Source of the DNA: an uncultured archaeon
GTDB lineage: Archaea > Thermoplasmatota > Penumbrarchaeia > JASLWR01
Direction: 5' to 3'
NCBI GenBank assembly: GCA_964342815.1
Contig: CAYFHS010000043.1
Span: 1-35,697 of the forward strand
Length of the DNA: 35,697 bases
Shown here: in pieces, positions 10,578-20,541 of the stretch
How positions within the stretch are numbered: the stretch's first letter is position 1
How the letters are laid out: every line of letters begins with the position of its first letter
The notes under the pieces: model-generated
Seen by the model: only the letters and a program-made list of their open reading frames with translations
What the model was told of the DNA's origin: nothing
Databases searched by the model: none
Position numbers and translations under genes: made by a program

Positions 10578-10916
10578 ATGATCGAATCTCTGGAAAAAGC
10601 CATCGATACATACAACCGTCTCGCTGCCGATAATGATCAGATCCGAAAGGTTGTTGAGGGAAAGTTTAGGACAGTTGAGATTCGGATCAAGGACGGAATT
10701 GGTTTTTCTTTTATTCTTGAAGGTGTTACCGCTCATTCTCTGAAGGAAGGTAGGTGCAATGGGGACGCGGATATTATTATCGATAGCAGCAAAGAGATAC
10801 TGGAGAGCCTGATGAAAGGTGAGCTTTCCCCCTTTAAAGCCATGGCAAGAAGGGATGTCATCATCCACGCGCCAATAATGGATCTGCTGCTCATGAAGAA
10901 ATTCTTTTCGATTTAG
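10578..10916 (+). CDS. SCP2 sterol-carrier-like lipid-binding domain protein
   Basis: 112 aa with ADIIIDSSKEILESLMKGELSPFKAM..VIIHAPIMDLL, matching the SCP2 pattern. Starts 1 nt after the upstream stop (TGA-T-ATG). Confidence 0.8.
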   Translation: MIESLEKAIDTYNRLAADNDQIRKVVEGKFRTVEIRIKDGIGFSFILEGVTAHSLKEGRCNGDADIIIDSSKEILESLMKGELSPFKAMARRDVIIHAPIMDLLLMKKFFSI

Positions 10917-10924
10917 GGTATGAA

Positions 10925-13684
10925 TTAATCGAATTCGATCCTGCCCATATGTCGGTCACCATCACCCTCGCCACCTCTTTTTTTTACAATGATTATAATT
11001 ATGATTATGACAAAAATAATCAAACCGAGAATTATCGAGATCATAATATAAGGGCTTTCAATTATTTCATTTTCCTTGTCTACGCTCGGAGATGTCGAGG
11101 GATAGTCTTCGTCATTATTAGGTTTCGTCCCGGATTCGTATTCTTCCAAATTGGAAAACCCGTCCTGGTCGCTATCGGCATTCGCATCTGTCGGATCCAT
11201 AGGATCGAGCCCGTAATATTCTTCATAGGTATCGGGCAGTCCGTCACCGTCTTCATCGATAGGGTGGCCGGGATTGTCGTCAGGGTCGGTCGGGTCGGTC
11301 CCGTTTATGTATTCCTCGATGTTGGTGAATCCATCGCCATCGTCATCGCCATACGGATTATCCACATCGAAAAGACCCTTCCAGTCTTCAGGAATTTCAT
11401 CAGGATCCTCGTCAGGTTTTTCCGGGTCATCCGGGATTACGTTTTCAGCCGCCAGTTCGTAATCATTTATTTCGATGACCAATGTTTCCTTCCACTGGTA
11501 TACTTTTGTGTTATTATCGACATATTCATACGATTCCGAATATTGAACAAATTTTACCGACTGCCCTATCTCCGGGGAGTAATAATCTATACTGTAACCG
11601 CTGCCGGAATCCACGAATGCGTTATTTCTAGAACCATCGTGTAATTTTCCATCCCAACCGTAAAGATCGTCTCTTTCCGTATCATAATGCAGTAATTTGA
11701 ATGTTTCAAAGGTTCCTCCGGGAGTTGTAACAGCTTCAGTCCCGAGACATGCATAGTAACGTACTTCATTATGTGTGGATTCGTCAGAATCATAATCATC
11801 ATCCTCATAATCCGGATATGAAATATCTTCTTCTACAGTGATGTCGGTCTCTGCCGTCCATGTATTTCCGGGTTTGATGGGGAATTGATGTTCGTCAAGA
11901 GGAGGATCATAATACGATATGCTTTCGGATTTCTCTTTCTCTTCTCTTCCGTACCATTCATATGAGGATTCGCTCTTCTTTTTTTCCTTGACGATTGCCA
12001 GGTCGGATTTCTGGATGTAGGTCTTTGCCTCTAGCGAGGAACTAAATTTTTCAATATATGAATAATCCTCATTATCTTCCATCTCCATGCTTGATTTCAT
12101 GTCGATTATGAAAACGTCATATTCCAAATCATCGATTTTCACCATTGTATCATCCGTGATTTCCAAGCTCAGCGTACCATTCAATTTTAAAGGGTATTCA
12201 TCTGTATTTATCGAATAATCCCATTTCGATCCAACGGTCCATTCCGGTTTCTGGGCTATCTTCCCGTTTTCATCCGTATCGCTTTCAAGGACGAAGACCA
12301 ATATGGTTTCCCTGGCTTCACTACCGTAAAAATTCTGGTAATCTTTGCTAAAATTATCATCCCAATCCCCGCTGTTGAATGAGGATTCGGCATATATTTC
12401 TATCATATATACTCCGGTTTCTGCATCAGCTGGAACGGAAATTGTAAGTTTTAAGGTTTCTGAATCGTAAGAATCCAGGGTTACGTTTTCAAAATCCGGT
12501 ATCACGTCACCGGGGAAATCATTTAATTTGCTTATCACAATCGATATGTTATCTTCTTGCGAACCGTAATTCATAACTTCGATCTCACACGTAACCTCTT
12601 CGCTCTGTTTTATCAAAAATGTATCATCCTCAATGGATAACTCGGTTTCATAAAAATAGTAATAATAGCCCGGTGTGATAACTAGAGTAATGTTTGCTGT
12701 ATCAAACAATCCACCGGTATCAATTACTTTTAGCGAGATCAAGTGTGTTCCAACGCTAAGATAATATGTACTTATATTACGTCCTTCTTCGATAAAACCA
12801 TCTAGGTCTGAGTACCATTCAAAGATAAGAAAATCCCCGTGAGCCGTATCCGGATCAAGGCCGTATCCGCTGAAACTGATATACCGCTCTCCTCTTAATA
12901 CCGTTCCATTCTCAGGATAAATAATTGAAGCGATGGGTGGATCGTTCACGTTGAGGACTGTGAATTTTATAGTCAAATAATCCTCGCAGTTGCTGCCGTT
13001 GATATCGGAGACGGTAATGTTTACCATTATATCTCCCACGTCAGCGTTTCCCGGTTTGAACGATATATGACCGGTGAGATAATTGATGTCAAATCGTGAG
13101 GAATTATCCAGAAATATCAATGTATCCCCATCTATATCGGAGGCCGTGACAGTTTCATTGAACCATTGATCCTGATATATGAAAAGATTGACTGAATCCG
13201 ATTCTTTCACTATGACGTTTCCGATGGTTTTGATCTCTGGTGGATCGTTCGTCGGTAATACAGAAACACTAAAATGGTGATGAGTGTTCGAACCATTTGT
13301 ATTCGTGGCATTTATAACTATATTTTCCACCCCATGCATATTCGGTAATGGAAAAAGTTCAAGAGTAGCGTTCGTCCTTATGGTTATGTTTATTATCTCT
13401 CCGTGGAGCGTTTTATTCCAGCTCTGTCCATTCCATATTGTGAAATTCAATGGGCCCCCGGTGTTGTTGTATATATCATAGAGATTGAGAAAACTGGATG
13501 GAGAGTCTTCCATTAACTGAATTGAATTTGGTGCGTCGTCCTTAATGGAGGGTGAACCGATTTGTTGACCTGTGGAGATGCTAATGGAGCTGATGTAGAA
13601 CGAACTCAATACAAGTATCATTGTCATTATCAAAGCTTTGTGTATCATCTTTACCATATAGAAACCTCTGAAATAAATCATCAC
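10925..13684 (-). CDS. Surface protein: cadherin-like/Ig repeats, PKD-like domain, beta-rich domain, Ca-binding DxDGDG repeats, C-terminal TM anchor
   Basis: 919 aa. Signal peptide; PTNDPP/NVNDPP cadherin-like boundaries; EWYSDLDG..LSVGTHLISLKVID; DDDGDG, DEDGDG and DSDQDG repeats; Ile-rich TM followed by KKR. Confidence 0.85.
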   Translation of the reverse strand: MMIYFRGFYMVKMIHKALIMTMILVLSSFYISSISISTGQQIGSPSIKDDAPNSIQLMEDSPSSFLNLYDIYNNTGGPLNFTIWNGQSWNKTLHGEIINITIRTNATLELFPLPNMHGVENIVINATNTNGSNTHHHFSVSVLPTNDPPEIKTIGNVIVKESDSVNLFIYQDQWFNETVTASDIDGDTLIFLDNSSRFDINYLTGHISFKPGNADVGDIMVNITVSDINGSNCEDYLTIKFTVLNVNDPPIASIIYPENGTVLRGERYISFSGYGLDPDTAHGDFLIFEWYSDLDGFIEEGRNISTYYLSVGTHLISLKVIDTGGLFDTANITLVITPGYYYYFYETELSIEDDTFLIKQSEEVTCEIEVMNYGSQEDNISIVISKLNDFPGDVIPDFENVTLDSYDSETLKLTISVPADAETGVYMIEIYAESSFNSGDWDDNFSKDYQNFYGSEARETILVFVLESDTDENGKIAQKPEWTVGSKWDYSINTDEYPLKLNGTLSLEITDDTMVKIDDLEYDVFIIDMKSSMEMEDNEDYSYIEKFSSSLEAKTYIQKSDLAIVKEKKKSESSYEWYGREEKEKSESISYYDPPLDEHQFPIKPGNTWTAETDITVEEDISYPDYEDDDYDSDESTHNEVRYYACLGTEAVTTPGGTFETFKLLHYDTERDDLYGWDGKLHDGSRNNAFVDSGSGYSIDYYSPEIGQSVKFVQYSESYEYVDNNTKVYQWKETLVIEINDYELAAENVIPDDPEKPDEDPDEIPEDWKGLFDVDNPYGDDDGDGFTNIEEYINGTDPTDPDDNPGHPIDEDGDGLPDTYEEYYGLDPMDPTDANADSDQDGFSNLEEYESGTKPNNDEDYPSTSPSVDKENEIIESPYIMISIILGLIIFVIIIIIIIVKKRGGEGDGDRHMGRIEFD

Positions 13685-13847
13685 CTTCCTATTTATAATT
13701 ATTTACTTGATATAAAGACTTGTTCTCATTTTAGTTACAATTGAGTGCAATCTGGAACGAAAGTTTACCTACCCCGGGCAAGGTATTGTCCATCTTATTG
13801 TCTAAAAATATTGCTTGTATTTCTTTCAATTCATTTGCCTTTATCAA

Positions 13848-16800
13848 CTATTTTTCAGTGGATTTTTTCCTAATGATCACATAGGCGGCGACTGAAATTA
13901 TTACTATAAGAATCGGTATAATAATCATCATTATTACAAGAACCGATCTTGATTTCTTCACATCCTTCTTTTTAACTGATACATTCCCATCATCGTTTTC
14001 TGTTTCTTCGTCATTCTCCTCATTGTCGGGCTCTTCATCGGGTTTTTCTTCGATAATTTTTGAGTTGTTCACAACTAGATTTATCTTTTTAATTTCGGAA
14101 TAATGTTCTCTGTCGAGTATTCTGAAAAATATTGTATAATTACCGTTATTAAATTCAGTCGAATTCCATACGAATTGCCACTCGGAGTTGTTGGTTATAT
14201 TGGTAATATTCGTCCAACCACCAATCAGTCCTATCTTTATTTGAATTATTGGCTTTTCAGTCAAGCTTTCGTCAAATTCCAAGGTCCCGGAGATCAAAAC
14301 AACGTCTGTGATTATATCACCATTTGAAGGACTATCAACCGTGAAAATGGTGTTTCTTACTTTCAAATGTAATTGTATCATGTTAAAATAATTCGAATCC
14401 TCGGAATAATCAGCCCAATCAACCACTCTGAAGAATATTCTATAATTACCATTGTTGACTTCTGCCGAATTCCATACGAATTGCCAATCAAAATCGTTTA
14501 AAATACTGAATATGTTTATCCATTTCCCATTCTGACCGATTCTTGCTTGAAATACGGGCTTTTCATATAAAGACTCATCATATTCCAGGGAACCGGAGAT
14601 TAATACAATCTCTGATACAGTTTCACCATTTAAATGACTGTTAACCTTGATAATTGTGTTTCTCACTTTCAATTCCAATTGTATCAAATTAGAGACATTT
14701 GCATCCTGAATTCCCCTAATGAATACCGTGAAGTTGTCGTTCTCCAGCTCGGTGGTATTCCATGAGATACTCCATGATTCATGGTCTAGGGTATATGTAA
14801 TATTCACCCAGTCGGTCAATCCCAGTATTTTCATCTGAATAATTGGTTTATTAACGTTATAGATATCGTAATAGAACGAACCTCCGAAATGAACATCCTG
14901 TGATACAATGTCTCCAGATTGAGGAAACGACATCTCAATTATAAGATTACAGATTCTCACTTGAACGGTAATAATTGAGGAATAGACCTGCCCATCATAT
15001 CCTCTAAAATATAGAGTGTGATCACCATTCGCGAAACCGATCGTATCCCAATTGTACTGCCATTGACCGTTATCCGAAATGTTAGTTATACCAATCCAAG
15101 GGCCGAAAGCGCCTATCTTTACTTGAATCAATAGCATGGAGGTGTCAAAATTGTCATCGTCGATCATTCCTCCAATGTCGATTTTTCCGAAAACGGTATC
15201 TCCATTCTTCGGATTGCTTACGTTTATTGAAGGAGGTGAATTGGGAACTCCCACATGAACCGTGATAACCTTACTCCACGGTCCAACACTATCATTATAC
15301 AGCGCGCGGGCTCGATAAAAATATGTTCCATTCATGTTATTAATGACATGATAACTAGGATCAAATCTCCCTCTATTTAGTGTGAGATATTTAAAATCCG
15401 AATGCATTGATTCTTGTAGATAATAACGGGTAGCGTTCGGAGCCTCTGTCCAGTTGATCCAATAATCTCCTGTTGGAAACGAACGATTTCCGTGAAGAAA
15501 TTCTACCGGCGGTCCCGTTATATCATCCGGAGAGTATTGAGGGAAAATAATATACGGCTCGGAATATAGAGAATCCTTGTATCCCACACCCATTGCCTTA
15601 ACTCGAAACCAAAGAGGCTTGTCACCATAATAATCATAATGTAAATAATAACTCAGTTCTTTCCCGCAATATATATAGTCCCATAAGTAATTGACAAGCC
15701 CATATCTACGCTGAAGGACGTATGTTGATGCTCCCTCTATCTCCGACCATGTGATATTGAATTCATCGCCCACAAAACATATCTCTTCCAATTCATCAAT
15801 TTCAGGGGAAGGAAGCGTCGGCGTCCCTTTGTCATTTTCATCTATTGGTTCCAGGGGGACGTATCCACTCTTTCGAACCGCTCTCTGGCCTTCCTCTGTA
15901 AGCAGCCAATCTCTTAATTTATAGGAATTATTTGATGGATCGAGATCGTCACGTATGACGGCATAGACCTCGGTCGTTAAGGCATAATCTCCCGTACTGA
16001 TATTACCATAATCCGGGTACACACCATCGATCCCTATGAGTTTTATCCTCTCGTTTGGGGCCATAAACTCTTCGAAGAAATAGACCGAGTAGCCCAGACC
16101 ATCAACATCCTCACTCAACCTGTTTATTGGCCCCATCATCCCATACAATATCATTTCAGGAGCATTTATCATATTTAATCCTTTCATCACCAGTTCTTCC
16201 ATTAGTTCTTGGCTTCCCGAATTATCGTTACGTTGATATGGATTTATCTCAGCATCATTTCCTCCAACCTCTCTCCAATTCGTTATATTACCAGAATAGA
16301 TCTCCTGTATCTCCCTCAAGCCCAGGTTATCGATGAGATTTTCAGAGTTCACGACGAAAACAAAGGCGTCCAAGGCGACGGGTTCTATTACTAATCCGAC
16401 ACCATTTTCCGTTGCTAGATCTATTTCGTCCTGTGAGGGACGTCTCGCAACTAGGATCAAATCGCAACGGTTTTCTATGAGATTAACATAAGAACCATGG
16501 GTCCCATGATGGTTTATTTCATTATTTATAAAATTTTCAGCTAATAAATTTCCCGATTCTTCACTATCTGCAACTAGATACTTTCTTTCATCCCATCCAG
16601 TTTCAGACCAGTAACATGACAGACCAAGCATTTCACAAGCAATGAGGATTTGAAGCGGATGGGCGGAAGTGGATCCATCCACTCTTGGATAATTTTCGTG
16701 GGAAATATTAAGGCTGTTTCGGCTTTGGGCCATGGGTGTTTGTTTGTCTACGTTTTTTTCAATTATCGGATTTATTATTTGGGCATTCGTTTGTACTAAC

Positions 16801-16853
16801 AGGCAAAGAACAGCCATCACACAATATAGTTTCCACATCCTCATAAGGACCAC
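13848..16853 (-). CDS. PstS-like phosphate-binding protein fused to two FN3-like and four Ig-like repeats with a C-terminal TM anchor
   Basis: RVDGSTSAHPL, ALDAFVFVVN..N, ITNWREVGG, QRNDNSGSQELM, IGIDGVYP and L.PEGQ-like (LLTEEGQRAV) PBP2/PstS motifs; four repeats with NG..V....I.G...W...W....NG.Y; acidic linker, TM, RKK. Confidence 0.85.
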   Translation of the reverse strand: MVLMRMWKLYCVMAVLCLLVQTNAQIINPIIEKNVDKQTPMAQSRNSLNISHENYPRVDGSTSAHPLQILIACEMLGLSCYWSETGWDERKYLVADSEESGNLLAENFINNEINHHGTHGSYVNLIENRCDLILVARRPSQDEIDLATENGVGLVIEPVALDAFVFVVNSENLIDNLGLREIQEIYSGNITNWREVGGNDAEINPYQRNDNSGSQELMEELVMKGLNMINAPEMILYGMMGPINRLSEDVDGLGYSVYFFEEFMAPNERIKLIGIDGVYPDYGNISTGDYALTTEVYAVIRDDLDPSNNSYKLRDWLLTEEGQRAVRKSGYVPLEPIDENDKGTPTLPSPEIDELEEICFVGDEFNITWSEIEGASTYVLQRRYGLVNYLWDYIYCGKELSYYLHYDYYGDKPLWFRVKAMGVGYKDSLYSEPYIIFPQYSPDDITGPPVEFLHGNRSFPTGDYWINWTEAPNATRYYLQESMHSDFKYLTLNRGRFDPSYHVINNMNGTYFYRARALYNDSVGPWSKVITVHVGVPNSPPSINVSNPKNGDTVFGKIDIGGMIDDDNFDTSMLLIQVKIGAFGPWIGITNISDNGQWQYNWDTIGFANGDHTLYFRGYDGQVYSSIITVQVRICNLIIEMSFPQSGDIVSQDVHFGGSFYYDIYNVNKPIIQMKILGLTDWVNITYTLDHESWSISWNTTELENDNFTVFIRGIQDANVSNLIQLELKVRNTIIKVNSHLNGETVSEIVLISGSLEYDESLYEKPVFQARIGQNGKWINIFSILNDFDWQFVWNSAEVNNGNYRIFFRVVDWADYSEDSNYFNMIQLHLKVRNTIFTVDSPSNGDIITDVVLISGTLEFDESLTEKPIIQIKIGLIGGWTNITNITNNSEWQFVWNSTEFNNGNYTIFFRILDREHYSEIKKINLVVNNSKIIEEKPDEEPDNEENDEETENDDGNVSVKKKDVKKSRSVLVIMMIIIPILIVIISVAAYVIIRKKSTEK
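14060..15245 (-). repeat. Four tandem ~100-codon Ig-like repeats; the last two are recognisable at DNA level
   Basis: CGAATTCCATACGAATTGCCA occurs identically at 14160-14180 and 14466-14486 (306 nt apart). GTTTCT(T/C)ACTTTCAA..AATTGTATCA also recurs. Confidence 0.75.
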
Positions 16854-17081
16854 CGTATTTGTTTATACTGTAAACTAAAGTACCATAATACTTAGAGTAA
16901 CTATATATTAATTTTTTCTGTTCATAAATTGAGTTGTAACAAATTTATACATTAGCGTTAATTCATACTACAAGAATTCAGCACACACGGTTTTCTACTA
17001 CGTGGCAGCTTCCTGTCACTTCTCTAAGGTTCTGGTGAAATCGTTCTCCCAATTAAAGTTTGAAAACCACCCCATCATGAT

Positions 17082-18179
17082 ATGTCCACGCAGTCCAAAA
17101 GTTATAAATCATTGTTGTGTGATACATTAGCGATGCCAAAAAAGATAAATGTGATATTCGATGATACTGTTTTCGAAAAATTATCCAAACTGAAAAAAAA
17201 GGAAACATACGCCAAATATCTAGCAGAATTAGTTGAAGATCGCTTTGAAACACAGCAAAATGAGGAGGGGGGTAATGGATCCGGGGACATCGAAGCCGAG
17301 GTATTACAGGTTTCATCGAAAAAATTGTTGAGCATTCTGAACGCAATTAACGATCGTTTCACCTATATCACCGGATTGGGTGATCGAATGGAAAACCTGG
17401 AAAGGGCTTCGGAGGGACTGGCAGAAGTAATGGATTCTATCGAAAGGACAGCTTTTGAGAACAAGGATCGTATTGAGAAAATTGCTCAAGCTACAATAGT
17501 TCAATGGTTTGGTGCCAGTAGCCAAGAGGATTTTTCTTATGGTGAACCTGGCAACAAGGATCCTAATAGTTTGAAGAAGTCTCCCGGTATCGACTCTATT
17601 GAATCTAGCTCAGGCTCAAAATATATGGATTACGAGTTTGCCTGTCCCCATTGCGATGGAACGGTGGATGAGAATGATGATTATTGCCGTTGGTGCTCTT
17701 TCTGTTTATCCGAAGGGGGGGAGGATCAAAGTAGCAACTTACATCCCCATCATGAGCACCCAGGCTTACCTTCGGAAGATGAATATAATTATGGTGCTAG
17801 GAAACCATCGGGTATTCCTGGTAATACCCGGTCGGGAGAATGGGATTATGATCTTGAGGATCGTTTCAATCCTCCCAGCGGCCCTCCCTCGGGATGGGAT
17901 AACGATAATATACAAATAGATGGCAGCGGGAAACCCATTTGCCCTTTCTGCTTGGAGAGCATGATATTTGTTCAGGAATACAAGAGATGGTTTTGTGAAC
18001 CCTGTTGGTATTATGCTCCTTCTGATTTCATGGTTTCCCGAGGCTCTGAACCAGCAGGAAGTCAGCGTAGATCCATTTCCAAGAAAAAGATACCCGCATC
18101 GGCTAAAAAAGGAAAAAATTGGAAAAACCGGAAATTGGGTGAACTTCCCCTTTTCAAAAAGAAAAAGGACAGAAGATAG
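17082..18179 (+). CDS. Ribbon-helix-helix domain protein with coiled coil, two Zn ribbons and a basic tail; probable start ATG 17133
   Basis: KKINVIFDDTVFEKLSKLKKKETYAKYLAELVE fits the RHH beta-alpha-alpha pattern; CPHC..CRWC and CPFC..WFCEPC; BRE-TATA AAAAGTTATAAA about 30 nt before ATG 17133. Confidence 0.7.
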   Translation: MSTQSKSYKSLLCDTLAMPKKINVIFDDTVFEKLSKLKKKETYAKYLAELVEDRFETQQNEEGGNGSGDIEAEVLQVSSKKLLSILNAINDRFTYITGLGDRMENLERASEGLAEVMDSIERTAFENKDRIEKIAQATIVQWFGASSQEDFSYGEPGNKDPNSLKKSPGIDSIESSSGSKYMDYEFACPHCDGTVDENDDYCRWCSFCLSEGGEDQSSNLHPHHEHPGLPSEDEYNYGARKPSGIPGNTRSGEWDYDLEDRFNPPSGPPSGWDNDNIQIDGSGKPICPFCLESMIFVQEYKRWFCEPCWYYAPSDFMVSRGSEPAGSQRRSISKKKIPASAKKGKNWKNRKLGELPLFKKKKDRR

Positions 18180-18345
18180 ATATTTATTCTATTATTAACT
18201 AAAGTCTATTATTAAATTTTTAAAATATGGTTTTCTATAGCGGACCTTCCACAATCATAAATCACTTGTTTGGCTTTTTTGGCAATTCATAACCTCAACT
18301 TGCCACGAATTTTTAGAGTTATGTTTTTTTTTTTAATAATAATGA

Positions 18346-18360
18346 CGAAAAGTTATTTAT
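18346..18360 (+). promoter_or_regulatory. BRE-TATA promoter of purA
   Basis: CGAAAAGTTATTTAT about 33 nt upstream of the TTG start. Confidence 0.5.
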
Positions 18361-18392
18361 CCTATGGTTCGGTCCCCGGCTGAGGCATTTTA

Positions 18393-19745
18393 TTGAGTAC
18401 AACAATTATAATTGGCACCCAGTGGGGTGACGAAGGAAAAGGTAAGATTATTGATTATCTTACCCCTAAGAACGACGTGGTAGTCCGATTTCAGGGTGGG
18501 AACAATGCAGGTCATACAATTAATGTAAACGGTACTATTCACAAATTACATCTTATACCATCAGGAGTACTTCATCCGGGGAAAAAACTGGTCCTCGGAA
18601 ACGGTCTTGTTCTGGACTTGGAGGAGTTAATAAGTGAGTTCAATAGTTTTGTGGATATCGGGATTACACCTGATCTTTTAATTAGCAATAGGGCAAATAT
18701 AATAATGCCTTATCATCAAGCCGCCGACAACGTTCAGGAAAGAAAACGTGGTAAAAAGAACATAGGTACTACCCAGAGAGGAATTGGGCCAGCTTATACG
18801 GACAAGATTTCCAGACAAGGTATTAGAATGTGTGATCTTCGAAATCGTGAAATTCTAAGGGAAAAGATCGAAAGAGGTCTAAAAAGATGGAAGAATTTTA
18901 TAAAAATTGATAAGTTTCGTGACATACGACTCACAACCGATGAAATTTATAATATGTTCATGGGTTATGCAAAATTTTTACTTCCCATGGTGACAAACAC
19001 CACTAGGATAATTAACGATTATATCGATTCAAAAAAAAAAAATGTTCTTTTCGAAGGTTCTCAGGGAGTCCTTCTGGATATTGATTTTGGAACCTATCCT
19101 TTTGTCACTTCCTCCCATACGGTTTCTGGTGGCGTGACAATTGGAACGGGAGTCGGACCAACTAAGATTGACAAGGTAATAGGAGTGATAAAGGCATATA
19201 CAACCAGAGTTGGCAAAGGGCCATTCCCAACTGAATTGAAGGATCAAACAGGAAAATTACTACGGGAAAAAGGATGTGAGATAGGGGCTACCACAGGCAG
19301 GACGCGACGTTGCGGTTGGCTCGATCTGGTTATCTTAAAACACTCGATTATGGTTGGCGGTGTCACGGCCGGAGCATTGACAAAGATCGACGTACTTACG
19401 GATTTTGACGAGATAAAGGTGTGTACGGGATATATGATTGACGGAGAAGAGACCGATGAGTTCCCACCGACAATTTCTCAACTAGAGAAGGTTGTGCCAG
19501 TTTATACCACACTTCCCGGACCGTTCTCTCTCGATAAAGAAACTATCGGGAGAATACAGAATGGGGAAAGAGAAAAAATGCCTAGAAATTTACTCAATTA
19601 CATTGAATTTATCGAAAATGAATTGGAAATTCCAATTGAGATACTCTCTTTCAGCCCACGAAGATCCGACACTTTAGATATTGACCCATTTAATAATCCT
19701 ATAAATCGATTCAATATAGATGGGTCTGTAACTACATCATATTGA
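18393..19745 (+). CDS. purA: Adenylosuccinate synthetase (long, bacterial-type length), TTG start
   Basis: QWGDEGKGK, GGNNAGHT, GIGPAYTDK, FEGSQG, TYPFVTSS, GATTGR.RRCGWLD. Confidence 0.97.
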   Translation: MSTTIIIGTQWGDEGKGKIIDYLTPKNDVVVRFQGGNNAGHTINVNGTIHKLHLIPSGVLHPGKKLVLGNGLVLDLEELISEFNSFVDIGITPDLLISNRANIIMPYHQAADNVQERKRGKKNIGTTQRGIGPAYTDKISRQGIRMCDLRNREILREKIERGLKRWKNFIKIDKFRDIRLTTDEIYNMFMGYAKFLLPMVTNTTRIINDYIDSKKKNVLFEGSQGVLLDIDFGTYPFVTSSHTVSGGVTIGTGVGPTKIDKVIGVIKAYTTRVGKGPFPTELKDQTGKLLREKGCEIGATTGRTRRCGWLDLVILKHSIMVGGVTAGALTKIDVLTDFDEIKVCTGYMIDGEETDEFPPTISQLEKVVPVYTTLPGPFSLDKETIGRIQNGEREKMPRNLLNYIEFIENELEIPIEILSFSPRRSDTLDIDPFNNPINRFNIDGSVTTSY

Positions 19746-19908
19746 AATCCGGTAGAATGTTATTTTCCCCTCGACGAAATGGACCCTAAATTAACGTGTA
19801 ATAGAGTGATGCATCATTACCGGATAATCTTTAAATAGAATCAATCCAATCCATCCGCATTTCATTTATAATCGCTTGGTTTCCATTGATTGCCAGGAGG
19901 CATGAATC

Positions 19909-20541
19909 ATGATAGACATCGATAATCTAGTAGTTAAAGTAAAACAGCTGAAAGAGAAGGGTTATTCTCAAAAGGAAATATCCAGCGACCTGCATGTATC
20001 GATCGATACGGTCAAGTGGCTTCTCAGTGGTGCACCCAGTACTGAGTCGCCGCCCTCGGATGTTAAAATAGGTTGGCGCTCCGTTGGGGTCTTTGGAAGC
20101 AGAATAAAGGACTTGGCATCCGTGCTGGTCAGTATCATCCGGGAAGAACTCCCGGAGGATAATATCGATACCATCATGGGGATCGCCATCAACGGTATAC
20201 CTTATGCTTCATTCATCTCGGAGATTTTGGGAAAGGAACTTGCGGTCTACAAACCTGCAACAGAACCTGCCAAAGGTGGTCAGTTCAGTTCAAATTTCGC
20301 TAGTGTAGCAGGAAAGAAAGTGATCATAATCGACGATGTGATTTCCACGGGAAATACTCTCCGTGGGGCTGTAGAGGAAGTGGAGAGAAACGGTGGTAAG
20401 GTTGTGCTCATATGCGTTCTGATGAACAAGACACAGCGCGATGATGTCAATGATTGCCCTCTTCGAGCACTTTTACGGGCCCGTTCCATTGGAGGTACCA
20501 TCCTGGGTGGTGGACCGCTTCACTCATTCCCCTATGCTTGA
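19909..20541 (+). CDS. gfcR: HTH + phosphoribosyltransferase-fold protein (PyrE-like / GfcR family regulator)
   Basis: N-terminal HTH (LKEKGYSQKEISSDLHVSIDTVKWLL); DVKIGWRSVG; GIAINGIPYA; PRPP loop VIIIDDVISTGNT; GGAGG SD. Confidence 0.8.
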   Translation: MIDIDNLVVKVKQLKEKGYSQKEISSDLHVSIDTVKWLLSGAPSTESPPSDVKIGWRSVGVFGSRIKDLASVLVSIIREELPEDNIDTIMGIAINGIPYASFISEILGKELAVYKPATEPAKGGQFSSNFASVAGKKVIIIDDVISTGNTLRGAVEEVERNGGKVVLICVLMNKTQRDDVNDCPLRALLRARSIGGTILGGGPLHSFPYA

